Below are positions 20,272 to 29,707 of a DNA stretch of 64,000 bases, one piece after another. The number at the start of each line of letters is the position of its first letter. The stretch's first letter is position 1. Below the pieces are notes generated by a model that did not search any database, had not been told where the DNA came from, and saw only the letters and a list, made by a program, of their open reading frames with translations. Source of the DNA: an uncultured bacterium (GTDB lineage Bacteria; Omnitrophota; Gorgyraeia; Zapsychrales; Aceulaceae). The position numbers and the translations under genes were made by a program. Location: contig CALGLP010000006.1 of assembly GCA_937930175.1 (NCBI GenBank), positions 65,749 through 129,748 of the forward strand, read 5' to 3'.

Positions 20272-21279
20272 ATGATTAAATGCACAGTTGCGATACCGGT
20301 TTATAATCGAAAAAATAACATCTTAAATTTTAAAGCTGTTGATTCGGCCCTTAGGCAGAGAACAGCAGATTTAGAAATTTTAGTCGTTGATGACTGTTCA
20401 ATGGATGGCACCTGGGAATTGTTGCAAACGTATCATGATCCTCGCTTGCGTTTGGTACGCAATGAGCAAAGGTTAGGATTGTTTGGTAATTTTAGTCGCT
20501 GTTTGGAACTAGCGCAAGGTGAGTATGTGCGCTTGCTTTGTTCTGATGACTGCTTGATGCCTGATTGTTTGGATCAAGAAATCGCTATGATGGAAAAGTA
20601 TCCGCAGGTGGCGTTACTTTTAACACGAGGTAGGAGAGTCGATGAAAAAGGAACCCTGTTAGGATGGCTAGGGGATCATTTTCAGCCTGGGATCTATTTA
20701 GGCCAAAGCGCGATTCGTTCGGCTTTATGGTTTGAAGCTTACTATGCGTTTAATGCCTTTACTTGTCCGTCGGGGATATTGCTTCGTCGTACGATAGCTC
20801 TGCAGGTTGGCAAGTTTGATACGACGATGTGCATGTATGGCGATGTGGATTTTTATTTACGCATGCTTGAGCATGGAGATCTTTTTGTCTCTACTTCTAT
20901 TGGTTTTGAGATGACCATTCATGATAGCCAGGAAACAGCGCGCTTAATAGGCCATGTGGCTATTATGCGAGAGCTTCTTTCGCTTGTTGAACGGTACCAG
21001 TCTTTTTTTAAAGAAAAAGGGATGTATACATCTGTTCGCCAACAGCTTAGCGCCTACATGCTTGGACTGGCTTTTAAATTCTGGTCTATGGGGTTGCCAG
21101 AGCATGCTAAGGCGCATTTAGCATTGGTCAGGCAAATAGGTGTTGCTCCGCAAAGAACTTTGATCGGCGTATTGCGATTGCTGGGGTTGCGATTTTGGAT
21201 GAAAATAAGCGGAAAGCGGCTCATGCCTGATGAACCTTATGTAGCGCTCGTTCTATCCAAAGAAAGATTAGATTCATGA
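20272..21279 (+). CDS. glycosyltransferase family 2
   Basis: CTVAIPVYNRKNN...EILVVDDCSMDGT. ATG 20272 preferred over the TTG at 20230. Confidence 0.8.
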   Translation: MIKCTVAIPVYNRKNNILNFKAVDSALRQRTADLEILVVDDCSMDGTWELLQTYHDPRLRLVRNEQRLGLFGNFSRCLELAQGEYVRLLCSDDCLMPDCLDQEIAMMEKYPQVALLLTRGRRVDEKGTLLGWLGDHFQPGIYLGQSAIRSALWFEAYYAFNAFTCPSGILLRRTIALQVGKFDTTMCMYGDVDFYLRMLEHGDLFVSTSIGFEMTIHDSQETARLIGHVAIMRELLSLVERYQSFFKEKGMYTSVRQQLSAYMLGLAFKFWSMGLPEHAKAHLALVRQIGVAPQRTLIGVLRLLGLRFWMKISGKRLMPDEPYVALVLSKERLDS

Positions 21280-22670
21280 TAACCTCAAGTTGGTTTTTAA
21301 TATTCGTTTTGATACCTACAGGATTGCTTTTGCTCTGGCATTGTTTCTTTCGTCCGTCAATCATTCTTTATGCGCTTGCTCTGGCTGTGTCCTTTATTGC
21401 TGTGAATATCCATGTGGGGTTTACAATTTATGCCTCACGCGTGTTCTTGTTGATGTTGATCGTGGTTATTGTGCTTCGTTCCTTGATATATGGAAAAAGC
21501 GGAATTTATTTAAATATTAATCCGGTTTTTGTTATTTTATTTATCTTAATTCTTTTTGTGCAATCGTTGTCTTTGCCGTTAGCTGAAAATCCTGTTGAAC
21601 ATGCACGCATCATGTTTATTTATGTCAGTATGATGGCGATTTTTATTGCAGTATTGATACTGGGCTCTAGCATAAAGGCTCTAAAAAAAGCTGTCAGGTT
21701 TTTCTTGGGTTTTGGTATTGTGCAGGGAGCGGTAGGGGTCTATCAAGTGGTTGGAGCCATACAGGGATGGCCAATGTATCAGAAGTTGATCTATGGTAAT
21801 CAAGCGGATACGATCAAGACGGGTAATCCACGGCACCTGATGGGAGTTTTTTATTCGGGTTTTGATGCTATGCCACGCGCCTTTGGCTTTCTTTCTGACG
21901 TGAACCAGTATGGAGGCTATCTGGTCGTTGTGATTTTATTGGCGTTGGCTTTTCTTGTTTTTAATCGGCGGGATATCCTTGCCTATTTGGCTTTATTCTT
22001 CGGAGGAGCTGGCCTGGTCTTATCACTTTCGCGCAGCGCTTGGCTAACGTTAATCGTGTTTGGGCTGCCGGCTTTGATATTTCTTATGAAGCGAGCTGGT
22101 TTTTTTTCTCACCGGCTCAGAGGACTCATGATAAGAATAGGTTTTGTTGTTATGTTGATTCTGGCCGCAGGATTTTTTGCGAATCAAAAAGGTTTATTTA
22201 ATATCCAAGAAGTCATTTCAAAAAGAATTGTGAGTTTTGTATCGAATGAATCTTCTGCAGAAGGTCATATCTTAACTCGACTTGCTGCCTTAGACGCGTG
22301 GAAGACTAGTCCGCTTATTGGGATCGGTTTTGATTATATTTATTCTGGATGGTATTCGGCAAGGTATGATCACTTATGGTTTGGAGCGCATTCGCATTAT
22401 TTTAATGTGTTGGCTGGATGTGGAATATTTGGATTGGGTCTGGAGATGTTTTTTATGGCGGTAGTATTTTTGTATATGTGGCGAGGGCTAAACCGTAGCC
22501 GTTCTGATAGCCAGGAACGCATGCTCATGGTTGGGTTGCTGGCTGTCTTTATTTCTATTTTATTTGGCAATCTTTTTTATCATTATTACATGAATGATTT
22601 TGTTTGGTTTATTATGGGGTGCGGCGTGGCCCTTAGCCGTAGGATTGTGTGTGAAACTAAGATAAGCTAA
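21276..22670 (+). CDS. O-antigen ligase/polymerase family membrane protein (Wzy_C domain)
   Basis: About 10-12 TM helices with the SRSAWLTLIVFGL segment characteristic of the Wzy_C/O-antigen ligase domain. ATGA overlap with the upstream gene. Confidence 0.75.
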   Translation: MITSSWFLIFVLIPTGLLLLWHCFFRPSIILYALALAVSFIAVNIHVGFTIYASRVFLLMLIVVIVLRSLIYGKSGIYLNINPVFVILFILILFVQSLSLPLAENPVEHARIMFIYVSMMAIFIAVLILGSSIKALKKAVRFFLGFGIVQGAVGVYQVVGAIQGWPMYQKLIYGNQADTIKTGNPRHLMGVFYSGFDAMPRAFGFLSDVNQYGGYLVVVILLALAFLVFNRRDILAYLALFFGGAGLVLSLSRSAWLTLIVFGLPALIFLMKRAGFFSHRLRGLMIRIGFVVMLILAAGFFANQKGLFNIQEVISKRIVSFVSNESSAEGHILTRLAALDAWKTSPLIGIGFDYIYSGWYSARYDHLWFGAHSHYFNVLAGCGIFGLGLEMFFMAVVFLYMWRGLNRSRSDSQERMLMVGLLAVFISILFGNLFYHYYMNDFVWFIMGCGVALSRRIVCETKIS

Positions 22671-22700
22671 AATATGTAACGTGTAAAAAAGGACGGAGCT

Positions 22701-23474
22701 TTGATTGATTTTCTAAAATTATGTTCAACCCCGTTGGTCTGGTCCTTGTCTTTGCTTTTGCTAGGCTTGTGGCTTGCAAGAAACACAAAGCAACAACCAT
22801 CCGAGAAATGGGGAAGACGTGCCTTGTTGTTGGGAACATTGATCATTTTTTTGTTAAGCCTAAAGCCTGTAGCAAATTCTTTCATTTATGCTTTAGAATC
22901 TGAATATAAGCCTGCGCCTAATGGATTGGTGTCAGGTTTAGATGTGGTGGTGATTTTGGGTGGTGGGATCTATCCGTCGGGAGGCTTGAGGGTTTCTTCG
23001 GAACCATCAGGACTTACGTATTCGCGCGTGTGTAGTGGTGTCGATTTATTTATTCGCAGTAGCGCAAAGACGCTCGTTTTATCCGGTGGCATTCCAGAGT
23101 TTGCCAAGCAAAGTGAAGCCGAGGTCATGGCAAGCTTGGTCACAAAACTAGGAGTCTCGCCGAAAAAAGTGATCCTTGAAACAAAATCACGTAATACCAT
23201 CGAGCAAGTGTATGAAATTGAGAAAATATTTCCGCCCAAAATGAGAAAGCGTATCGGCATCGTTACTTCGGCAGCTCATATGTCGCGGTCTTATCGTGCT
23301 TTTCAAAAGAGGTATCCGAAAGAAGACATTGTGCCGTTGCCAGTTAACTATATATCATCTTTGCAAAGGTATAATATAAAAAGCTTTGTTCCATCCGTAG
23401 ACGCGTTTCAGATTAGTTGTTCGGCGATCCATGAATGGATTGGAATGGTATGGTATTTTTGTTGCAAAAGTTAG
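22701..23474 (+). CDS. DUF218 (YdcF/SanA/ElyC-like) domain protein
   Basis: N-terminal TM and VVILGGGIYPSGG...LSGG DUF218 core. TTG start with strong AAGGACGGAG RBS. Confidence 0.7.
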   Translation: MIDFLKLCSTPLVWSLSLLLLGLWLARNTKQQPSEKWGRRALLLGTLIIFLLSLKPVANSFIYALESEYKPAPNGLVSGLDVVVILGGGIYPSGGLRVSSEPSGLTYSRVCSGVDLFIRSSAKTLVLSGGIPEFAKQSEAEVMASLVTKLGVSPKKVILETKSRNTIEQVYEIEKIFPPKMRKRIGIVTSAAHMSRSYRAFQKRYPKEDIVPLPVNYISSLQRYNIKSFVPSVDAFQISCSAIHEWIGMVWYFCCKS

Positions 23475-23508
23475 TGCGGAAATTTAACAAAAAAGTTATG
23501 GATAATTC

Positions 23509-24651
23509 ATGCGAATATTAAATGTCCTTGATGTTATGAATCCTGTTTTTGGTGGCGGCGGAACAGAACGATCCTACCAAATGAGCCGATATTTAGTGGG
23601 CACCGGTGAAAGTGTTGATCTTTTGACCACGAACTGGAATTTCGACACGGAATATGCTTCTAAATTAAAAGGGATCCATTGTTATTCTGTTAACGCTTTG
23701 TATTGTCGATATCTAGTTCCCTTGGGAGTAAAAAAGTGGTTGGCGCGCCATATTGATAACTATGATGTTATTCATCTCTCAAAGAATTGGAGCTTGTTAT
23801 CGCAGATAGCCGGTGTCGTTGCCGCGGAACATAACATTCCTTATGTGTTTTCTTCCATGGGGTTTATTGCGGTCCATAATCGTTCGCGCATGTTAAAGAA
23901 TTTTTATCGAACTTATTTAACGATTCCTTTGGTTAAAAAAGCAGCCGGCTGTATTGCTGTGACCAAGGAAGAGACGGCCGATTTGATCGATGCTGGTGTT
24001 TCACCCGAAAAGGTACACTTGATCCCTAACGGTATTATTCCAGTTGATTTTTTGCATGAGGATCATGATGGTTTTCGTCGACAGCATCAATTAGATCATC
24101 GGAAAATTATTCTTTTTGTTGGTCAAATGAATCCACTCAAAGGCGTGCATCTTCTCATTGAGGCTTTCAACAAAAATCGCGCAAAGCTTGACGATTGGAT
24201 GCTCGTGCTCGTTGGGACAAAGACGCCGTATCGTCATGCTATGGAGCGAAAAGTGGCACAGCTTAATCTTGCCAAGAGCGTTTTCTTTTTGGATCCTCTT
24301 TTTGGACGGCAAAAAAGCGAAGCTTATCATGCCGCGGAATTTTTGGTTGTCCCGTCGATCAAAGACGCCATGACGATTGTTGCTCCGGAGGCGGCGTGTT
24401 GCGCGAGGCCTGTTTTGTTAACTTACACATCTGGCTTTGGAGAATTAGCTAGGCGTGGCGGAGCAAAGGAAGTTGAGCCTTCTGTTGAAGGGCTTGCGCG
24501 TGGCTTAGATTTCTTTACAAGCAGTCAATGTGATCGCATCGGCATGGGGAAAAAAGGATATGATTATGTTCTCAATCATTTTCAGTGGAAACATGTGGTG
24601 TTAAAATATAAAGAATTATTTCAATCCATTCACGCATCTGCAAAAAGATAA
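23509..24651 (+). CDS. glycosyltransferase family 4 (GT-B)
   Basis: GT1/GT4-like C-terminal domain (FVGQMNPLKG...FLVVPS), N-terminal Glyco_trans_4-like. Confidence 0.8.
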   Translation: MRILNVLDVMNPVFGGGGTERSYQMSRYLVGTGESVDLLTTNWNFDTEYASKLKGIHCYSVNALYCRYLVPLGVKKWLARHIDNYDVIHLSKNWSLLSQIAGVVAAEHNIPYVFSSMGFIAVHNRSRMLKNFYRTYLTIPLVKKAAGCIAVTKEETADLIDAGVSPEKVHLIPNGIIPVDFLHEDHDGFRRQHQLDHRKIILFVGQMNPLKGVHLLIEAFNKNRAKLDDWMLVLVGTKTPYRHAMERKVAQLNLAKSVFFLDPLFGRQKSEAYHAAEFLVVPSIKDAMTIVAPEAACCARPVLLTYTSGFGELARRGGAKEVEPSVEGLARGLDFFTSSQCDRIGMGKKGYDYVLNHFQWKHVVLKYKELFQSIHASAKR

Positions 24652-24705
24652 GATTAAAAAGCTTGGAAGAACTTAAAAATATAAAGCAGAAAAGGAACCA
24701 ACATT

Positions 24706-26199
24706 ATGAAAGTACAGTTAATATTAGCGCCGCCTAGTACTCCGCATAAAGAAGGGGAACTTAACGAACGGATCGCGCCGCCTTTGGGTATTCTTTATCT
24801 AGCGTCTTATTTGCGAAAAAATATGGCGGGTATCGAATTATCGATCATTGATGGCCAAATCGAGGGTTTTGAAGGAACCATTTCTCAGATTAATCATTTT
24901 GGCCCTGATATCTTAGGCATATCGGTTCATACGCTTGTTGCTAACGGAGCCTATGAAGTTGCTCGACGGATCAAAAAAGAGCACCCGCAGACATTGGTCA
25001 TCATGGGTGGTTGTCATTGCACTGGTTTTCCGGAAGATGTGATCAAAAAATCAGGAGCAGATTTGGTGTGCGTTGGTGAGGGAGAGCAAACGATGCTTGA
25101 AGTCACCCAGACCTTTAGCCGCAAACAGGGAAATCTTTCAAGCGTTGATTTTTCTAAAGTCGACGGTTTAGTCTACAGCAATAAGGGAGAGATTATTTAT
25201 ACCAAACCGCGGCAATTCATCGAAGACCTCGATACCATTCCTTTTCCTGCCAGGGATTTGGTTGATTTGAAAGATTATTCTGGATGGTATATTACAAAAC
25301 GTTTACCGGAAACAAGAATCATGTCTACTCGGGGATGCCCGTTTCATTGCACGTTTTGTTCTTGCGCGGTATGGAAATCCTCCAAGCCGGCCACAAGAGT
25401 GCGCTCTGCTAAGAATGTTGTTGACGAGATCGAGCAGCTTATGACAGATTACGGTATCCGTGAATTTGGCGATGATTGCGATGAATACAACTGCAACATC
25501 AAGGTCGCTTCCGAAACATGCAAAGAAATCATGAGAAGAAAGCTGGATATTCCCTGGAGGTCGCAGGTCAGAGCCTATCCTTTGCCTGATGATTTTGTGC
25601 GTTTAATGGCGCAGTCAGGCTGCTGGCAGGTTCATATGGGCATTGAAAGCGGAAACGAAAGAACATTAAAAGGGATCGGCAAGAATATAACACTTCAGCA
25701 GGTCGAAGATGGATGCCGGATGCTTCGCAAATATAACATCGAAGTTGTTGGCATGTTCATGTTGTATAACGTGTGGGAAGAAGAGGGAAATTTGTGTTTT
25801 GAAAACACAAAGGAAACCAAGCAGACCATGGAATATGCGCTCAAGCTTTATAAACAAGGTCTGCTTAATCAGTTTATGTGGGGACCGACCAATCCTTATC
25901 CAGGAAGCAAGCTCTTTGAGATTGCTCGTCAGAGAAATTTGATCAAGGACTCTTTGTTAGATGACTGGGAGGCCTGGCGAAGAGATGAGCTCTATGCCAT
26001 GAAGCTTCCAGGCGTCGATGTTGTTGAGCAGACAAGGATGAGGACAGTAGGGCAATTTTTGAAACTGAAACACCTTTTGTCTTCAAAAGGAAGATTCAAT
26101 ATCAAAGATTGGAAGTATTTTGCGGAAAAAGGTCTTCGGATTGTTAAAGATGAAATCCACGCGATGAGGGAAAAGAAGAAAAGCAAACTTCTTAAATAA
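24706..26199 (+). CDS. B12-binding domain radical SAM protein (class B radical SAM)
   Basis: N-terminal cobalamin-binding fold followed by the CPFHCTFCS CxxxCxxC radical SAM motif; AAAGGAA RBS. Confidence 0.85.
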   Translation: MKVQLILAPPSTPHKEGELNERIAPPLGILYLASYLRKNMAGIELSIIDGQIEGFEGTISQINHFGPDILGISVHTLVANGAYEVARRIKKEHPQTLVIMGGCHCTGFPEDVIKKSGADLVCVGEGEQTMLEVTQTFSRKQGNLSSVDFSKVDGLVYSNKGEIIYTKPRQFIEDLDTIPFPARDLVDLKDYSGWYITKRLPETRIMSTRGCPFHCTFCSCAVWKSSKPATRVRSAKNVVDEIEQLMTDYGIREFGDDCDEYNCNIKVASETCKEIMRRKLDIPWRSQVRAYPLPDDFVRLMAQSGCWQVHMGIESGNERTLKGIGKNITLQQVEDGCRMLRKYNIEVVGMFMLYNVWEEEGNLCFENTKETKQTMEYALKLYKQGLLNQFMWGPTNPYPGSKLFEIARQRNLIKDSLLDDWEAWRRDELYAMKLPGVDVVEQTRMRTVGQFLKLKHLLSSKGRFNIKDWKYFAEKGLRIVKDEIHAMREKKKSKLLK

Positions 26200-26220
26200 T
26201 AAAGAGAAAAAAGTAATCAC

Positions 26221-27117
26221 ATGGTTGATATTTCTATTTGCATGGTTTCTTTAAATTGCTGGGATGTGTTGCAAAGCTGCATGCATTCGATTGAACAGAG
26301 CCAGCCATCCATCCGCTATGAGGTGATCATCGTCGATAACGCTTCGTCAGACGATACCCTAGCCAACCTGAAAGTAAAGTCATTTTCCCAAACAAAAGTG
26401 CTTCAAAATAATAAAAATATTGGTTTTGCTAGGGCAACCAATCAAGCTATTAGGCTATCTACGGGTAAATACATCCTTTGGCTTAACACGGATACTATTT
26501 TAAATCCGGATGCGCTGTATCAACTGTGGAAATTTATGGAAGAGAATCCTAAGGCTGGTATTGTTGGCCCTAAAGTATTAAATGCCGATGGTACATTTCA
26601 GCCTCAATGCCGTCGAGGCCTACCGACTCCTTTAGCGTCAGTAGCTTATTTGCTAAAACTTGATCGAATATGGCCTGCGCATCCCGGCGTGGGGCAATAT
26701 TTATTGACATATTTACCTGTTGACCAAGCTTGTCAGGTGGAAGCTGTTTCAGGTTGTTGCCTCATGGCTCGTCGAGAAGCTTGGGACTCGATTGGCCCTT
26801 TAGATGAAAGCATTTTTGGCTTTGGTGAGGATCTTGATTGGTGTGTGCGGGCCAAGCAAGGGGGATGGGAGGTTTGGTATGACCCTGGCAGCGTGATCGT
26901 TCATTTAAAAGGACAGGGAGGTGCTCATGCCAAGCCGTTTCACAAGGTTTGGGGCATCCATCAGGCGATGTGGATTTTCTACCGTAAGCACTTGATATCA
27001 AAATATCCACGGGTTGTTGGAATTTCTGTTTGGCTGGGAATAGGCATAAGCCTGTTTTTTTCCATGATTTGGGCAATGCTTTGTCAGATTAAACGAGTTT
27101 TTTTTCATAGGAGTTAA
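26221..27117 (+). CDS. glycosyltransferase family 2
   Basis: ISICMVSLN...IIVDNASSDDT and a later DxD region. Confidence 0.8.
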   Translation: MVDISICMVSLNCWDVLQSCMHSIEQSQPSIRYEVIIVDNASSDDTLANLKVKSFSQTKVLQNNKNIGFARATNQAIRLSTGKYILWLNTDTILNPDALYQLWKFMEENPKAGIVGPKVLNADGTFQPQCRRGLPTPLASVAYLLKLDRIWPAHPGVGQYLLTYLPVDQACQVEAVSGCCLMARREAWDSIGPLDESIFGFGEDLDWCVRAKQGGWEVWYDPGSVIVHLKGQGGAHAKPFHKVWGIHQAMWIFYRKHLISKYPRVVGISVWLGIGISLFFSMIWAMLCQIKRVFFHRS

Positions 27118-27118
27118 C

Positions 27119-28066
27119 ATGTCTTTGCTTGTTACGGGCGCGGATGGTTTTATAGGCTCTGCCTTAGGTCATAAAATACTTGAAGATAATATAAAGGTAA
27201 AAGGAGTTGTCCAAACCTTAACAAATGTTTCAAGATTGCCAAAGGGCATTGAAATTGTTGAGATCAATGATATTTCTCAACAAGCGGATTGGACACAGGC
27301 TTTAACAGGAGTGGATGCGGTTATTCATTTGGCAGCGCGCGTTCATATTATTAAAGAATCTGCCGCAGATCCGCTTGAAGCTTTTCGCAAAACAAATGTG
27401 CTTGGCACAGAGCATTTCGCGAGAATGGCTGCAAAGGCAGGGGTTAAGCGATTTCTTTTTATGAGCTCAATCGGCGTTCATGGAGAAGCTAACCTGGGGA
27501 AACCTTTTACAGAAAAAGATGTTCCTTGTCCCGTGAGCGCGTATGCGATTTCAAAGTGGGAGGCAGAACAAGCCTTGCGCAAAGTGGCAGAGAATAGCAA
27601 AATGGAAGTTATTATTTTACGCTCACCTTTGGTTTATGGACCCGGCGCTCCAGGTCATTTTGCGCGATTAGTGCGCTTGGTGAAGAAGGGCGTTCCTTTG
27701 CCGTTAGGGCATATAAAGAATTTGCGTAGTTTTACTTATCTCGGTAATTTGATTGATGCCATAATGACTTGCATGCGACACCCTAAAGCGGCAGGTGAAA
27801 ATTTTTTGGTAAACGATGGTCAAGATGTGTCGACATCAGACTTGATCCAGATGATGGCAATAGCCATGAACAAGAAGGCGAATTTGTTTTCTATGCATCC
27901 TTTCATCTTAAAATTCTTGAGCAGGATCATTGGTAAAAGCCAAGAACTGGAGAAATTAACAGGAACGCTTGTTGTTGATAGTAGCAAGATCAGGAACGTG
28001 CTTGGGTGGAAACCACCGTTTACGATGGACGAGGGAATTCGGGAGAGCGTGGGACGTGAAACGTGA
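27119..28066 (+). CDS. NAD-dependent epimerase/dehydratase family protein
   Basis: LLVTGADGFIGSAL Rossmann motif; YAISKWEAE catalytic YxxxK. Confidence 0.85.
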   Translation: MSLLVTGADGFIGSALGHKILEDNIKVKGVVQTLTNVSRLPKGIEIVEINDISQQADWTQALTGVDAVIHLAARVHIIKESAADPLEAFRKTNVLGTEHFARMAAKAGVKRFLFMSSIGVHGEANLGKPFTEKDVPCPVSAYAISKWEAEQALRKVAENSKMEVIILRSPLVYGPGAPGHFARLVRLVKKGVPLPLGHIKNLRSFTYLGNLIDAIMTCMRHPKAAGENFLVNDGQDVSTSDLIQMMAIAMNKKANLFSMHPFILKFLSRIIGKSQELEKLTGTLVVDSSKIRNVLGWKPPFTMDEGIRESVGRET

Positions 28067-28118
28067 GACGTGAAGAGTGAATATGGTAAATTAAATAGTA
28101 TAATTTATGCAGACTAAT

Positions 28119-28211
28119 GATACCCTTTAGGGTGTATAAAACGAATACTTATGCTTCTTATAGTGCATTTATATGAATAAATTGTTGATATTATACCCTA
28201 AAGGTGATATA
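28119..28211. promoter_or_regulatory. two related palindromic sites (ATACCCTTTAGGGTGTAT and TATACCCTAAAGGTGATATA) plus a TATAAT box upstream of hipB-like gene
   Basis: Read directly: self-complementary ACCCTTTAGGGT at 28122-28133 and an inverted copy at 28193-28210 just before ATG 28220; TATAAT at 28100-28105. Confidence 0.4.
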
Positions 28212-28219
28212 TTTCTAAT

Positions 28220-28453
28220 ATGATAAGATTAGATATCTCTGAGAAGCATATGGTCAATATAGTTTCTCAAATAAAAGAATTGCGTAAGAAAATTGGATTA
28301 ACTCAAGTGGAATTTGCCAGGAGGGTCGGAGTTGGCTTGCGTTTTTTAAGGGAGCTTGAGCAAGGGAAGGCCACTGTGAGAATGGACAAGCTTGCGCGTG
28401 TTTTGGATTTTTTGGGATATCATTTGGAATTAAGGAAAAATGAGGTGAAATGA
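28220..28453 (+). CDS. hipB: HTH XRE-family antitoxin (HipB-like)
   Basis: 77-aa helix-turn-helix (LTQVEFARRVGVGLRFLRELEQGK); 4-nt ATGA overlap with the next gene. Confidence 0.75.
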   Translation: MIRLDISEKHMVNIVSQIKELRKKIGLTQVEFARRVGVGLRFLRELEQGKATVRMDKLARVLDFLGYHLELRKNEVK

Positions 28454-28785
28454 ATATGATGAGAAAAGCGGAAGTTTTTTATAGTGATGAATTGGCAGGC
28501 TATTTGACAGAGACGACAAGCGGATATACCTTTCAGTATGATCCTGAATTTTTAAAGAAAAATATCCCGATCGCCGTATCCTTGCCTCCTCGCGCAGAGC
28601 CTTATCAATCTAAAGAATTATTTCCATTCTTTAAGGGACTTTTACCTGAAGGGTGGTATTTAGATATTGTTAGCGCAGCGCAGAAAATTGACAGCAAAGA
28701 TTACTTTGGGTTGCTGATTGGCACTGCAAAGACGGACACAGCCGGTACTGTTACCATTCAGAAAGTTGATATGGTCCATGAATAA
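28450..28785 (+). CDS. hipS: HipA N-terminal-domain-like protein (HipS-like)
   Basis: 111 aa, resembles the N-terminal subdomain of HipA, encoded as a separate ORF. Its stop overlaps the next start (ATGAATAA). Confidence 0.65.
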   Translation: MNMMRKAEVFYSDELAGYLTETTSGYTFQYDPEFLKKNIPIAVSLPPRAEPYQSKELFPFFKGLLPEGWYLDIVSAAQKIDSKDYFGLLIGTAKTDTAGTVTIQKVDMVHE

Positions 28786-29635
28786 AAAGCTCTTGAAAGA
28801 GATGTTTCATTCTTCAAAATGGCCAAGCATAGACTTTGGCTTGGCAGATGTGTCGCAACAGGCGCAAAGATTAGCGGGGAAATTCTCTATTTCTGGTGTT
28901 CAGCCAAAGCTATCTGTCAAATTGGATAAAAAACAAAACATGCTCATTGTTGTTGGTGCGGGAGGAGAATATATTCTAAAACCGCAACAAACTTTTCTGC
29001 GTATCCCCGAGAATGAGCAATGCTGTATGGATCTTGCGCAAAAATTGGGCATCGAAGTTCCGCTCCATTGCCTTCTTCCTTTAAAGGATAAAAGCCTTGC
29101 CTATGTGGTCAAACGGTTTGATCGGGACAAAGGGGCTAAAATTCAGCAGGAAGATTTTGTTCAGATCCTTGGGGTCAATGATAAATACACAGGCTCGGTA
29201 GAACAAGTAGGCCGGAAACTAAAAGATATCTCCTCGGCGCCAGGATACGATGTTCAGCTTTTTTTTGATCGGGTTGTGCTTAACTTTATTCTCGGCAATG
29301 GTGATGCGCACTTAAAGAATTATGCGATATTATATAAAGAAGGGGGCATCCGATTAGCTCCAGCTTATGATATTGTGTGTTCAAGGCTGGTGATCCTTAA
29401 CGAGGACGAGTCCGCGATCAGCATTCATGGCAAAAAGAATCGTTTGCTGAGAGAGGATTTTGATCGTTTAGCTGAATATTTTAATGTACCGATCAAGGTG
29501 CGCTATGAACGGTTTGAAAAGAAGTTTAGCTTGATGAGAGAGATCATCACAGCTTCTCAGATGAGTGATGAAGATCAGGTGAGATTTCTTGATATTGTCA
29601 AAGAGAGGCTGAATCGGTTGCACATAGCCCAATAG
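28778..29635 (+). CDS. hipT: HipA-family Ser/Thr kinase core (HipT-like toxin)
   Basis: GVQPKLSV glycine-rich loop, VKRFDR catalytic region and LGNGDAHLKNYA motif (HipA GNxDxHxKN). Confidence 0.75.
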   Translation: MNKKLLKEMFHSSKWPSIDFGLADVSQQAQRLAGKFSISGVQPKLSVKLDKKQNMLIVVGAGGEYILKPQQTFLRIPENEQCCMDLAQKLGIEVPLHCLLPLKDKSLAYVVKRFDRDKGAKIQQEDFVQILGVNDKYTGSVEQVGRKLKDISSAPGYDVQLFFDRVVLNFILGNGDAHLKNYAILYKEGGIRLAPAYDIVCSRLVILNEDESAISIHGKKNRLLREDFDRLAEYFNVPIKVRYERFEKKFSLMREIITASQMSDEDQVRFLDIVKERLNRLHIAQ

Positions 29636-29707
29636 TTTGTCTTTTGTCCTGCCTTGTGTGTTCTTAAAAGGAGCGAGGGATCACTTGTTAATAAGTGACA
29701 AGGAATT

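Noticed and set aside
29640-29700. Possible terminator hairpin (CTTGT...ACAAG) after hipT
   Set aside because: The stem is only 5 bp with a 9-nt loop and no T-tract. Too weak to call.
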